Below are positions 1 to 9,781 of a stretch of 64,000 nt of DNA, piece by piece (within the stretch, counting starts at the first letter, position 1; every line of letters starts with the position of its first letter). The stretch is taken from NCBI GenBank assembly GCA_965218585.1, contig CBDCLE010000005.1, positions 64,001-128,000 on the forward strand, read 5' to 3'. Position numbers and translations under genes: made by a program. Source of the stretch: Terriglobia bacterium. GTDB lineage: Bacteria; Acidobacteriota; Terriglobia; 20CM-2-55-15. The notes under the pieces are model-generated. The model was not told the origin of the DNA and ran no database searches. It saw only the letters and a program-made list of their open reading frames with translations.

Positions 1-1116
1 GCCGACATCACAGCGAACCTTGCTGGCGCAACACCGGACAAACACGTGGATCCGGAAAAAGGACTCTGTGCCATGCGAATTCTGGGATGTTCGCCCTGGG
101 AACTTTCCGACCACCAGGACAGAGAACATCTGCGCGACCAAGCCGAGGGAGTACGCATTGCTTACGTCGCCGCGACGCGCGCACGTGACCTGCTTGTCGT
201 CCCTTCTGTAGGGGATGGTCCGATGGCCGGATGGGTAGGATCCCTGAACAGGGCGTTATATCCCATTCCCGGCAGCGAGCGGAACTCCATCCCTGCCCCC
301 GGCTGCCCCGAATTTGGGGAAAGCTCGGTCATCGACCGTCCGGGAGCGCTCATGGGCCAGGACGAATCGTCCCTGCGGCCGGGACTCCACCATCTTGGAC
401 CGGATACGCGCGAGGTGGTCTGGTGGGATCCCCACCATCTGAGACTGGATGTTGCCGGCAACTTTGGCATTCGCCAGGAAGACATATTGACCGAAGATGA
501 GGACCGTGTCGAATCGGAACGTTCGATCCGGCAGTATGCCCGGTGGCAGGAACGCCGCAGCAACCTCCTCGATTTCGGATCCAGGCAGGAAATGGAAGTC
601 TTCACCGCGACCGAAGCTCAACGAGTCCCCGGAGGTATCCTTCCAGAAATCGAAGTCATGCATGTTGAAAGAGAACAACAACGCCCAACCGGCACCCGCT
701 TTGGAAGCCTCGTTCACCTCGTGTTGCGAGACGTGAGGGTCGAAGCCGACGAGGACTCGATCGGCAAACTGGCGGCCTTCCATGCGCGCGGCCTTGACGC
801 GACTCCCGAAGAAGTCACCGCTGCCGTCACGAGTGTCTCGAGAACCCTGGCACATCCGTTGATGGAACGATTCAGATCAGCCGGGGAGGCTCACAGGGAG
901 TTCCCTGTAACCGTGAGGACTGACGAAGGCGCTATTCTGGAGAGCGTGATCGACATGACGTTCTGTGAAAACGACACCTGGCACGTCATCGACTTTAAAA
1001 CCGATGCGGATATAAAGATAAACCTCGAGGAGTATCGGACACAGGTCAGTTGGTACGTCTGGGCCATGAACCGTGTCACCGGCCGCCCGGCCCAGGGATA
1101 CCTTCTGGGCGTCTGA
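1..1116 (+). CDS. AddA/UvrD-like helicase-nuclease, C-terminal part (5' truncated by window edge)
   Basis: Frame open from base 1. UvrD motif VI-like RIAYVAATRARDLL, then a PD-(D/E)xK nuclease (VIDMTF...VIDFKTD...QVSWY). Confidence 0.85.
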   Translation, partial: ADITANLAGATPDKHVDPEKGLCAMRILGCSPWELSDHQDREHLRDQAEGVRIAYVAATRARDLLVVPSVGDGPMAGWVGSLNRALYPIPGSERNSIPAPGCPEFGESSVIDRPGALMGQDESSLRPGLHHLGPDTREVVWWDPHHLRLDVAGNFGIRQEDILTEDEDRVESERSIRQYARWQERRSNLLDFGSRQEMEVFTATEAQRVPGGILPEIEVMHVEREQQRPTGTRFGSLVHLVLRDVRVEADEDSIGKLAAFHARGLDATPEEVTAAVTSVSRTLAHPLMERFRSAGEAHREFPVTVRTDEGAILESVIDMTFCENDTWHVIDFKTDADIKINLEEYRTQVSWYVWAMNRVTGRPAQGYLLGV

Positions 1117-1173
1117 GAAAGAATCTTTGCGTTCCTCGAACTGCGATAAGATCCCCTCGATAGGAGCAGAGCG

Positions 1174-2097
1174 CTGTCATACGAAGAATCACTGGAAAAG
1201 GTCAAACGGCTCTGGGGAGAACAGGCCGGCACGTGGACTCTCGATGGAGGGGCACACTGGCTCGAGCACCCTAGGGTCCAGGCCCGCATCAACGAGAAGA
1301 TCACTGGCCGGGAAAACTCGGAACGCTACCACCACTTCGTCTATGAAGATCTCCAAGGCAATGTGCCGGTAGGGCGGGCTCTGACCATCGGATGCGGCGC
1401 CGGCGATCTTGAACGGGGATTGACTCAATGCAATTTCTGCCTGCGGCACGACGCGCTCGACGTTTCCGAAGGCGCCATCGAAAAAGCCCGGGCACTTGCC
1501 GAGGACGAGGGTTACACGCACATAAGGTATCAGGTGTCCGACCTCAATAGAGTGTCGCTGGAAGCCAATGCTTACGATGTCGTCTTTGGCATCTCTTCGA
1601 TTCACCACATCGCCGAACTTGAAACGCTCTACGAGAAAGTCCATCAAGCTCTCAAGCCGAACGGCTACTTTTACATGGATGAATTTGTCGGGCCTTCTCA
1701 ATTTCAGTGGCCCGACCAGCAGATCGAAGGAATCAACGCAATGCTCACCGAGATACCTGAGCGCCTCAGGGTAAGCCGTTCGGATGGAAAAAGTATTCGG
1801 AGTTCGGTCATACGTCCGACGATTGACGAAATGAACGCCGTGGATCCATCCGAAGCGATCCGGTCGGGCGAAATTATTCCGCTGCTGTCAGAACGTTTCC
1901 CCGACTTCATTCTGCGTGGCTACGGAGGCAACATCCTGCATCTGCTGCTGGAAGACATTGCCGGCAATTTCGTCGAGACCGACACCGAATCCATCGAATG
2001 GCTGGAACGTATCTTTGCTTACGAGGACGACTGGCTTCTCAAAGAGGACGTCGTAGACGATTTCACCGTGATCGTAGCTCAAAAGTTGGCTAAATGA
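1174..2097 (+). CDS. Class I SAM-dependent methyltransferase (probable CTG start)
   Basis: ALTIGCGAG motif I, LDVSEGAI, SIHH. Frame is open back to 1150, and AGGAG at 1162-1166 lies 7 nt before CTG at 1174. Confidence 0.75.
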   Translation: MSYEESLEKVKRLWGEQAGTWTLDGGAHWLEHPRVQARINEKITGRENSERYHHFVYEDLQGNVPVGRALTIGCGAGDLERGLTQCNFCLRHDALDVSEGAIEKARALAEDEGYTHIRYQVSDLNRVSLEANAYDVVFGISSIHHIAELETLYEKVHQALKPNGYFYMDEFVGPSQFQWPDQQIEGINAMLTEIPERLRVSRSDGKSIRSSVIRPTIDEMNAVDPSEAIRSGEIIPLLSERFPDFILRGYGGNILHLLLEDIAGNFVETDTESIEWLERIFAYEDDWLLKEDVVDDFTVIVAQKLAK

Positions 2098-3439
2098 TAC
2101 CCAGCGCGTTCAGGAAGATCAGGACAATCGCTACCGGAACGACAAACTTCAGCAAGAACAGCCAGGCCTTGTAAAAGAGCTGCAGCTTGCTGCCTTCCAG
2201 GAATTCCCGATGACGAATCGCGTCATCGAGACGCCATGCAGTGAAGATCGAAATGCCCAAACCACCCAGAGGCAGGATCCAGTTCGATGCGAGGTAATCG
2301 GCTGTGTCAAACCAGTTTCGTCCAAACACTTCGGTAAACGACTCGCCAAAAAGTGCCGTACCGCCGCTCAGGCCCGAGGGTATCCCGACCAACGCAATGA
2401 TCAGCCCGCCGAGCATGACAGCTCTGTGCCGCAGCCATCCCTTCTCGTCGATGAGGTACGACACCGCGACTTCGAGCAGTGAGATCGAACTGGTCAGCGC
2501 CGCGAAAAACAGCAGCACGAAAAACAAGGACGAGAAGAACGTACCCGCCCCCATCTGACTTAAAGCGATCGGCATGCTCACGAATACGAGACCGGGACCT
2601 TCACCGGGCTCCAGGCCGAAAGTGAAGATGATCGGAAACAGGACCATGCACGCCATCAGGGCGATGAGCGTATCCAGACCGGAAATTAGGACCGATGCCG
2701 ACACGATGTCGTCATCCCGTTTGAGGTAACTGCCGTAGGTCAGCATCGCCCCCATCCCGATACTCAAAGTAAAAAACGAGTGCCCCAGAGCTTCCAATAC
2801 ACCCGCCGCCGTCAGGTTTTCGGTGTGGAATCCGAAGATGAAATCCGTGGCTTCAGCGAAACCTTCCATCGTGAACGAGTTCACGAGAAGAATGACCATG
2901 AACCCGAACAGGATCGGCATCAATATCCGCGCCCACCGCTCAATACCTTTGCGGACGCCTCCCCACACCGCGCCGACCGTGATCGTCATGAAGAGCAGGT
3001 GCCAGAAAAGATTCAGTTCGTTCGACGTAAACAACGCATCGAACGCCGGCCCAACCCCTTCCGGACCGAGACCGACTATCTGTCCTGTCAGCGATAGGTA
3101 GGCGTAGTGCATCGCCCAGCCGGCGACAATGCTGTAGTAGGAAAGGATGATAAAAGCACCCGCAACACACAGCCATCCCATCGAAACCCAGCGTCCGCCA
3201 CCGAGTTGCCTAAAGGCGCCAACGGGGGATTTCTGGCTCGCCCGCCCCAGCAATACCTCGGCCGTCATCACTGGTAGTCCGACCAGAGCGATACAGGCCA
3301 GGTAAACCAGAACAAACGCGCCACCGCCATTGACCCCGGTGATGTAGGGAAACTTCCAGACGTTGCCGAGCCCGATCGCCGCCCCGGATGCTGCCAACAC
3401 GAATCCGATTCTTGATCCCCAGTGTCCTCTGTCCTCCAA
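2090..3439 (-). CDS. Sodium-dependent transporter, NSS/SNF family
   Basis: RGHWGSRIGFVLAASGAAIGLGNVWKFPY signature, GPGLVF motif, many TM segments. Confidence 0.95.
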   Translation of the reverse strand: MEDRGHWGSRIGFVLAASGAAIGLGNVWKFPYITGVNGGGAFVLVYLACIALVGLPVMTAEVLLGRASQKSPVGAFRQLGGGRWVSMGWLCVAGAFIILSYYSIVAGWAMHYAYLSLTGQIVGLGPEGVGPAFDALFTSNELNLFWHLLFMTITVGAVWGGVRKGIERWARILMPILFGFMVILLVNSFTMEGFAEATDFIFGFHTENLTAAGVLEALGHSFFTLSIGMGAMLTYGSYLKRDDDIVSASVLISGLDTLIALMACMVLFPIIFTFGLEPGEGPGLVFVSMPIALSQMGAGTFFSSLFFVLLFFAALTSSISLLEVAVSYLIDEKGWLRHRAVMLGGLIIALVGIPSGLSGGTALFGESFTEVFGRNWFDTADYLASNWILPLGGLGISIFTAWRLDDAIRHREFLEGSKLQLFYKAWLFLLKFVVPVAIVLIFLNALGII

Positions 3440-3516
3440 GACAACCTCCTCTTTTTCGCCCGCTCGATTGGATGGCTGCTATGGTAACATTCCCGCGCCA
3501 ACAGCGAAAAAATGGG

Positions 3517-3612
3517 GCAAAAAGTGGGGACAGGTCACTCTTTTTGATTTTGAACAATGGTGCCAGTGAAGTTTCGCCTATGCAAAAAGAGTGACCTGTT
3601 CCCACTTTTTGC
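3517..3612. repeat. 30-bp inverted repeat (REP/MITE-like), 36-bp spacer
   Basis: gcaaaaagtggggacaggtcactctttttg (3517-3546) vs caaaaagagtgacctgttcccactttttgc (3583-3612), 1 mismatch. Confidence 0.85.
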
Positions 3613-3630
3613 GCAGCCGAGAGGTCTCAG

Positions 3631-4098
3631 ATGAGCGCAGAGAAAGAACAAGCGGCAAGAGCAGAGGGTAGCAGTGAAGCACGTGTCGTCATGGTTCGGA
3701 GTACGGACACCGGACTGGCACAGGAAATCATCGTGGGACCGCACCGCCTGTCGGCGGACGAACCCGACCCGCCCGGTACCGATACCGGCCCGACTCCTTA
3801 TCAACTCCTCAGTGCTGCACTCGGAGCCTGCACGTCCATCACGCTCAGGGCCTATGCCAGCAGGAAAGAATGGCCGCTGGAAAGTGTGACTATCGTACTG
3901 ACCCATGGAAAGATTCATGCCAAAGACTGCGCCGAGTGCGAAACCAAGGAAGGCAGAGTAGATCGTATCGAACGCGCCATAGAACTGGGTGGGCCTTTAA
4001 GCGACCAGCAACGCGAACGATTATTGGAAATCGCGAAAAAATGTCCCGTTTACCGCACGCTAACGTCTGAAATCAACATCCGAAGTCGGCTCGTTTAA
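3631..4098 (+). CDS. OsmC/Ohr (YhfA-like) family protein
   Basis: [24 protein letters not shown] and AKKCPV motifs. Confidence 0.92.
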   Translation: MSAEKEQAARAEGSSEARVVMVRSTDTGLAQEIIVGPHRLSADEPDPPGTDTGPTPYQLLSAALGACTSITLRAYASRKEWPLESVTIVLTHGKIHAKDCAECETKEGRVDRIERAIELGGPLSDQQRERLLEIAKKCPVYRTLTSEINIRSRLV

Positions 4099-4128
4099 AC
4101 GAAAGCGATCCCGATCTATTTCAACACG

Positions 4129-4836
4129 CTATTTCAGCTCCACGGTGGCCTGGACAACTCCAGCTCCGGTTGTCTGCATGTAGCGAAGCAACGTGTAGAG
4201 GAAGAGCAGGGCGCCGGCCATTTCCAATCCTTCTTCCACCGCCGTAATGAGGTTGTAGCTCAAGGTATCAGCATCAATCGGAGCCCCCACCAATTCCATC
4301 CCGACCGCACCGCCGACATAGAGAACACCCGATACAAGAAACAGCATCCCGGTACCGGATGGAAGCTTGCACAGAAATTGGACGAAAGACAGTCCGATTC
4401 CAACAGCCAGAATTCCACCAGGAATGGCCCAGTTCGTATCGATAAGCGAGTTGACTGTCTCGTGGATACCGGCTATCTCGTCCAAAGAAAGCAAGAGGAA
4501 GCCGAAAGCCAATGCATACCAGTGAACCAGCCAGGAGTCGTTGTCGGACCGTTTCCGCCGCGCGCAAAGCCAGACGCACACCGCAACGATCGACAACAGG
4601 AATCCGGAAAACCACGTCGGAAGATTGTTTTCTTCGTCGACGTCGAAAAGCTGGCGCCAGGGCAACCACGGCAGTTCTTCGATCTGGTAGTGGTATATCG
4701 TCAACCCGACGTGGCAGGAAAGAAGTAGTACGATGATGACGGACAGGCCGAGGATCAGCCGTTTGGGAGCCAGCGTTACGCCATAGAGGTTCGGACCCGA
4801 CGAATCCGACCCGCCGGAGTGAGGGCCCTTTGCCAT
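4129..4836 (-). CDS. Hypothetical integral membrane protein
   Basis: Several TM helices, with E.N.PTWFS, LDE...IHE and EEGLEM motifs. Confidence 0.75.
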   Translation of the reverse strand: MAKGPHSGGSDSSGPNLYGVTLAPKRLILGLSVIIVLLLSCHVGLTIYHYQIEELPWLPWRQLFDVDEENNLPTWFSGFLLSIVAVCVWLCARRKRSDNDSWLVHWYALAFGFLLLSLDEIAGIHETVNSLIDTNWAIPGGILAVGIGLSFVQFLCKLPSGTGMLFLVSGVLYVGGAVGMELVGAPIDADTLSYNLITAVEEGLEMAGALLFLYTLLRYMQTTGAGVVQATVELK

Positions 4837-4845
4837 CGCATCCCC

Positions 4846-6126
4846 CTAACGACCTTCGGCAGGCTCCTCCTGCAGGGTTGAAGGCATTTTCTCGTCCTCG
4901 GACGCCTCTCTTTCAGGCATCACATCATTAACTTGAAGAGAGAGAATCACTACGATCCCAGCATACACAGTACCGGCGAAGAATGGAACGGTGCGGCCGA
5001 TCTGTTGAAACAGCATCGTGGAGATCAAGGGCGAGATCGTGCGTGACATTCCTGCGAAGGCCTGGGCGGTTCCCATAGTCGTTCCCAGTTCGGATTTTTC
5101 TGCCGATCGCGAAGTGAGAGCGGTTGTCGAGGGAAACATGAGTGCGGTACCGACCGTGATGAGAGACATCAGCGCCAACATCATCCAAAGGTTGCCTGTA
5201 AACGCCACGCTGAGGAATCCGATCAGAAGACTCGATGCGCCGATCCGCATCGTCCATGTCTCTCCAAAGCGGCCGACAATGGGACCGAGCAATAACGACC
5301 GCATTACGACCGACAGGCACCCCGTATACAGGAAGATGTAGCCGATATTTCTCTCGTTTATCGAAAACTCGAAACCCATGTACAAAGCGAGGATCGAAGT
5401 GAACGATGAAAACGCCAGCATCCCGAGCCCGTAGATCCAGACAAGGCGGGAGATTGTACGCGTCGGGTGACGCACAACAGTCCACGCGGTGTGCCAGACA
5501 GGTTGTCTCTTCTTGGTCCGGCTCTGGTCATCGACTTTTGACGATTCGGCGAGCCAACCCCACGCAAAGATGATGTTCACCAGGCACAGCCCGGCGGCGA
5601 CCAGTCCGGGAGCCATCTGTCCCCAGTACGCTGCGGTCGATCCAATGACCGGACCGATCATCACGCCTGCCGAGGTCGCCGCTGAAAGCCATCCCAATGA
5701 CCGGGTCCGATCCTCGGGAGGCACCAAATCGGCAACGTAGGCGTGTATAACACCGGTGGTCCCGCCGCCTGCACCTTGAATGATGCGGGAGGACAACAAC
5801 AGCCAGAACGAATTCGCGAAGCCGAAGACGACGTATGAAATCGCCGACGCAGTCAATCCGATCAACATGGCAGGGCGGCGGCCGTAACGATCGGAAACGC
5901 GCCCCCAAAGAGGCGCAGACATCAGCTGCGCCATCGAAAAGGAGGCGATGATGAAACCGATCAGTTGCGGAGAGATGTCCAGATTCAGGGCATAGAACGG
6001 GAGCAGCGGCAGGATCATCGCAAAGCCGAGCATATCGACGAACGCCACCGCAATCAGAACGGACAGACTCCGGAACTGAGCCGATTTAGAAGATTTCGCT
6101 GTCTCTGTTTTCACTGAATCAGACAA
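4846..6126 (-). CDS. MFS transporter (TetA/DHA1-like)
   Basis: Motif A GRVSDRYGRRP, D..GF.MI.P.LP N-terminus, about 12 TM. Confidence 0.92.
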   Translation of the reverse strand: MSDSVKTETAKSSKSAQFRSLSVLIAVAFVDMLGFAMILPLLPFYALNLDISPQLIGFIIASFSMAQLMSAPLWGRVSDRYGRRPAMLIGLTASAISYVVFGFANSFWLLLSSRIIQGAGGGTTGVIHAYVADLVPPEDRTRSLGWLSAATSAGVMIGPVIGSTAAYWGQMAPGLVAAGLCLVNIIFAWGWLAESSKVDDQSRTKKRQPVWHTAWTVVRHPTRTISRLVWIYGLGMLAFSSFTSILALYMGFEFSINERNIGYIFLYTGCLSVVMRSLLLGPIVGRFGETWTMRIGASSLLIGFLSVAFTGNLWMMLALMSLITVGTALMFPSTTALTSRSAEKSELGTTMGTAQAFAGMSRTISPLISTMLFQQIGRTVPFFAGTVYAGIVVILSLQVNDVMPEREASEDEKMPSTLQEEPAEGR

Positions 6127-6158
6127 GAGGAACTAAGGCAGTCCGTGACGGCGGTTTG

Positions 6159-7337
6159 CTATCCACCGGATACCAACACCTCCGCCTCAATGCCCGGCGG
6201 TGTTGCTTCATCCGTATTGTCCAGGTATCCGTCGGGTAGGGCCACCTTCTGCCGGCCGTTGCGCTTGCCTCTCCTCATGCGCATGGCCGCCCTTGGAAAC
6301 GGCTGATCTCTGTCAACATCCCTGAAAAGTGCTTCGAACTCCTCAAACGTCTTCACCTGGACCATTCGAGCTCTCACCGAGGAGCTCAGACTGAAACCCT
6401 TCGTATACCAGGTGGCGTGGCGGCGGAAGGCCGACATCGCTGTTCTCTCCCCGAACCAATCCACGAGGCGTGCGGCATGCGTGAACATGACGTCGAGGAC
6501 TGCGCCGAAGTCGGGAGGATCGGCCGGCTCGTGTCCGTCGAAGACGTCAGCGAGGTCCCGGAAGAGCCACGGACGTCCCAGACAACCCCTGCCAACAATC
6601 ACACCGTCACATCGGGTCTGGCGCATCAGGCGAAGGGCATCTTCGGCTTCCCAGACATCCCCGTTGCCGAGAACCGGGATGCTCACCTTTGATTTAAGAT
6701 CTCCTATCGCGTCCCACTGAGCTGTACCATGATAGAGATCCGCAGCTGTTCGGGCATGGAGGCCGACTGCGGCACACCCCTCTTCCTGGGCAACCCGACC
6801 AGATTGCAGATACGTCATGTGATCCGGATCGATTCCCAATCGAAACTTGATCGTGACCGGAACGTCCCCTGCTGAGTCAACCCCAGCCCGCACGATGTTG
6901 CCCAGCAGCCGGGGTTTCAGAGGAATCGCGGCCCCCCCGCCCTTCCGGGTGACCTTCCACACCGGACATCCGAAATTCATATCCAGGTGATCGATCCGTC
7001 CTTCCCCAACGAGTCTCTTAACGGCCTCGGATACGTAATAGGGATCTACACCATAGATCTGCAGGCTGCGGGGTGACTCCTCCGGTCCGAAATCGGCAAG
7101 TTTCAGTGTTTTCTCCCGACCGTCGACCAACGGTCGGGCGCTGATCATTTCGCTCACGTACAGGCCGGCGCCGAAACTTCCGCATATGGAACGGAAAGGG
7201 TAGTTGGTCACACCCGCCATTGGAGCCAGAACCACTGGAGGCCAGACCTTGAGAGGTCCGATCGAGAGGGCCTTGAATTCGCCCGCACCCGCCAATGGGA
7301 TCCCCCGGTTCAGCTCACTCTTGTAAGACGGGTGCAT
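6159..7337 (-). CDS. dusB: tRNA-dihydrouridine synthase DusB
   Basis: LAPMAGVT, DMNFGCP, HART, GNGD, GRG..GRPW motifs. ATG at 7337 preferred. Confidence 0.92.
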   Translation of the reverse strand: MHPSYKSELNRGIPLAGAGEFKALSIGPLKVWPPVVLAPMAGVTNYPFRSICGSFGAGLYVSEMISARPLVDGREKTLKLADFGPEESPRSLQIYGVDPYYVSEAVKRLVGEGRIDHLDMNFGCPVWKVTRKGGGAAIPLKPRLLGNIVRAGVDSAGDVPVTIKFRLGIDPDHMTYLQSGRVAQEEGCAAVGLHARTAADLYHGTAQWDAIGDLKSKVSIPVLGNGDVWEAEDALRLMRQTRCDGVIVGRGCLGRPWLFRDLADVFDGHEPADPPDFGAVLDVMFTHAARLVDWFGERTAMSAFRRHATWYTKGFSLSSSVRARMVQVKTFEEFEALFRDVDRDQPFPRAAMRMRRGKRNGRQKVALPDGYLDNTDEATPPGIEAEVLVSGG

Positions 7338-7493
7338 CGTACTGATATTACACCATCGGACGAGATAAACCCTTCCGCCTGCAGGTCCGCAGCACCCGAG
7401 GCAGGAGCAAAAAGAATTGTCTTTCTTGCCTTGATTCAATCCCGGCCACTATCGACAGGAACAAAATAAGTCGATAGGAAGAGGTGTGCTACG

Positions 7494-8765
7494 ATGAGAC
7501 CTAACGACACTGCACTAACCGAATTAACTGAAACAATGAATACAGAGAGCGCGACGGCAGCGTACGTCAGCAGGCAGCCGATATACCGCAAACACATGGA
7601 CGTGTACGGTTATGAGTTGTTGTTTCGTGACAGCGCGACCGACCGGGCCAATGTGGTTGACGGAGACAGCGCCACCGCTCAGGTCATTCTCAACTTCATC
7701 GAATTCGGGTTCGACGAGATCATTGGAGAGCACCTGGGGTTTGTCAACCTGACCGACAACTTCATCCTCGAAGGGCATTGCAGGTCCCTGCCGAAGGACC
7801 GCGTGGTTCTGGAAGTTCTGGAAGACGTCACCGCGGCCCCCGAAATCGTCAAGGCGCTTCGCAAACTCAAGGACCAAGGCTACATCATCGCCCTGGACGA
7901 CTTTGTCTACGATGAGAGCCTCCGCCCCCTGGTCGAGTTGGCCAACATCATCAAAGTGGACGTGATGGCCACCGATCGGGCCGGTCTCGAGGAACAAGTC
8001 CCCCTGCTTCAGAAGTTCAATGTCCGGCTGCTGGCCGAGAAAGTAGAATCCCAGGACGAGTTCGATTTCTGCAGCGCTCTGGGCTTTGATTATTTCCAAG
8101 GCTACTTCTTCTGCAAGCCCAAGCTGATCGAAGGCAAACAGATTCCAACGAATCGCCTGGCCGCGACCCGACTGGTGTCAAAACTACAGTCACCCGATAT
8201 CAAGGGCGACGAACTTGAAGAAACGATCCGGCAAGACGTCACGCTCAGCTACAAACTCCTGCGTTTCGTGAACTCGGCCTATTGCGCGCTTCCCCGCCAC
8301 GTGGATTCGATAGGACATGCGGCCATGCTGATCGGCGTGTCCCGGCTCCGCACCTGGGCCAGCCTGCTGATGCTGGCGTCGATGGATGACAAGCCACGGG
8401 AACTGATGGTGACGGGCATTGTCCGGGCCAAGATGTGTGAGGAGCTTGCCGCGGCGAATGGTTTTTCTACGTCGGAAAGGTTCTTTACCGTCGGACTGTT
8501 TTCTGTTCTGGACGCCATGCTGGACACTCGCATGGAAGACATCCTCGAAAAGCTGCCGCTCTCGGAAGAAATCTCTCAGGCGCTGATTACCCACGAAGAG
8601 CTTCTGGGAAACATGCTCGACTTCACGATCGCTTACGAACAAGGCGACTGGGAACGTCTTGCCGAGGTGGGCAGCGCCCTCAAACTCGATCCTCCCGCCA
8701 TACGCAGCGCCTACATGAATGCCGTCAAGTGGACGATGGAAATCACGAACGAACTGAATATCTGA
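7494..8765 (+). CDS. EAL + HDOD domain protein (YuxH/PdeH-like c-di-GMP signalling)
   Basis: RQPI..GYELLFR, IALDDF, LAEKVE, FQGYFF, followed by an HDOD-like helical domain. Confidence 0.9.
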   Translation: MRPNDTALTELTETMNTESATAAYVSRQPIYRKHMDVYGYELLFRDSATDRANVVDGDSATAQVILNFIEFGFDEIIGEHLGFVNLTDNFILEGHCRSLPKDRVVLEVLEDVTAAPEIVKALRKLKDQGYIIALDDFVYDESLRPLVELANIIKVDVMATDRAGLEEQVPLLQKFNVRLLAEKVESQDEFDFCSALGFDYFQGYFFCKPKLIEGKQIPTNRLAATRLVSKLQSPDIKGDELEETIRQDVTLSYKLLRFVNSAYCALPRHVDSIGHAAMLIGVSRLRTWASLLMLASMDDKPRELMVTGIVRAKMCEELAAANGFSTSERFFTVGLFSVLDAMLDTRMEDILEKLPLSEEISQALITHEELLGNMLDFTIAYEQGDWERLAEVGSALKLDPPAIRSAYMNAVKWTMEITNELNI

Positions 8766-8848
8766 TCGCAGCCCGAACCAGCAGTTTTCTCCGCCGAAAC
8801 ACCCAGAACTTTCAACACGAAGGCCACGAAGCCTCTGAACCTAGCCCT

Positions 8849-8968
8849 CGCTCAATCAGTCATCTTGACCGAACGACCCTCCCCGATTGAGACGCAGACT
8901 TGCAGCGGCCGCTCAATCGGTCATCCTGACCGAGCGGCCTCGCCGCCCGCAGTCTCCTGACTGCGGGC
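8849..8968. repeat. Two 30-bp direct repeats followed by a 10-bp perfect hairpin (REP-like cluster)
   Basis: 8849-8878 vs 8910-8939 are 26/30 identical. Hairpin gcccgcagtc-tcct-gactgcgggc at 8945-8968. Confidence 0.75.
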
Positions 8969-9004
8969 CCAATCGGGAGCGCGAACTAGGCTGGATTTTC
9001 AGGG

Positions 9005-9119
9005 CCGGTGGAGGCGCCTCTGAAACAAGGAGTGTGAAGTGAGGACGATCGAGGCGTATTGAAATACGTCAAGGAGACCGAGCGAGGCACGACGCAGTAT
9101 CAGAGGATGGATCCGCCGG
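9005..9119. repeat. About 115-bp fold-back element (MITE-like)
   Basis: Ends ccggtgga/tccgccgg, inner arms cctctgaaac/gtatcagagg, central gcgtatt-g-aaatacgt palindrome. Confidence 0.5.
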
Positions 9120-9121
9120 TC

Positions 9122-9682
9122 TTAGGACGCAAGGCCGATGGGCTCCATAGCCATAGCCGCAAACTTCTCCAAAGGCGAGAACATCAGACGGACACGGCTG
9201 CCTCTCAATCTGGCTCCACGATCCACGATGTCCGACATCAGGGTCAAGAGGCAATCGTCCCTCAAGTTCATGTCCTGGAGCGTGAGGGCCTCAGCGATTG
9301 AGCGGGAGATCGCAAGAGCGTTTCCGTCCCAATAGTGTAAATGCTGCTCCGAAGCAGGGTCCGAACCCAGAATGGGAGAGGCCATGTCCAGAGCAAATCC
9401 CGGACTGACTAACTTCTCATCATCCATCCAGAACACAATGGCCCGGGTCTCGGACGGAATTGCCTTCCAAATCGCCTGCATTGACACTGAATCTAGAGTC
9501 TGGAGAGACACATTGGGCTGGGAGAAGGAGAACATCTCAGCGGCACGCTGGACCTCGGCATTCCCGACGGCGATCAGCTCAAGATGCTGCCCGTCGATCG
9601 ACCCAATCGTCTCCAGTCGCTGGGAGGGGTCCTGTCCGGCATATATCCAGACAAGGGCTACTCTTTGATCGGTTCGGTCCAT
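9122..9682 (-). CDS. Hypothetical protein (possibly degenerate GT-A fold)
   Basis: 186-aa ORF divergent from the GT gene, with an IVFWMDD DxD-like segment. Confidence 0.55.
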   Translation of the reverse strand: MDRTDQRVALVWIYAGQDPSQRLETIGSIDGQHLELIAVGNAEVQRAAEMFSFSQPNVSLQTLDSVSMQAIWKAIPSETRAIVFWMDDEKLVSPGFALDMASPILGSDPASEQHLHYWDGNALAISRSIAEALTLQDMNLRDDCLLTLMSDIVDRGARLRGSRVRLMFSPLEKFAAMAMEPIGLAS

Positions 9683-9781
9683 GTTCTGTCCCCCACGAGC
9701 GCTATGTCACACAGCACGCTCCCCTTACTCATCGGCGGGAGGGCCCGATGCATGTAGTGAAAATATGCTATTCTCGGCCGG

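Noticed and set aside
8849-8939. Mini CRISPR array (30-bp repeats, 31-bp spacer)
   Set aside because: Only two copies with 4 mismatches, no cas genes, and a REP-like core
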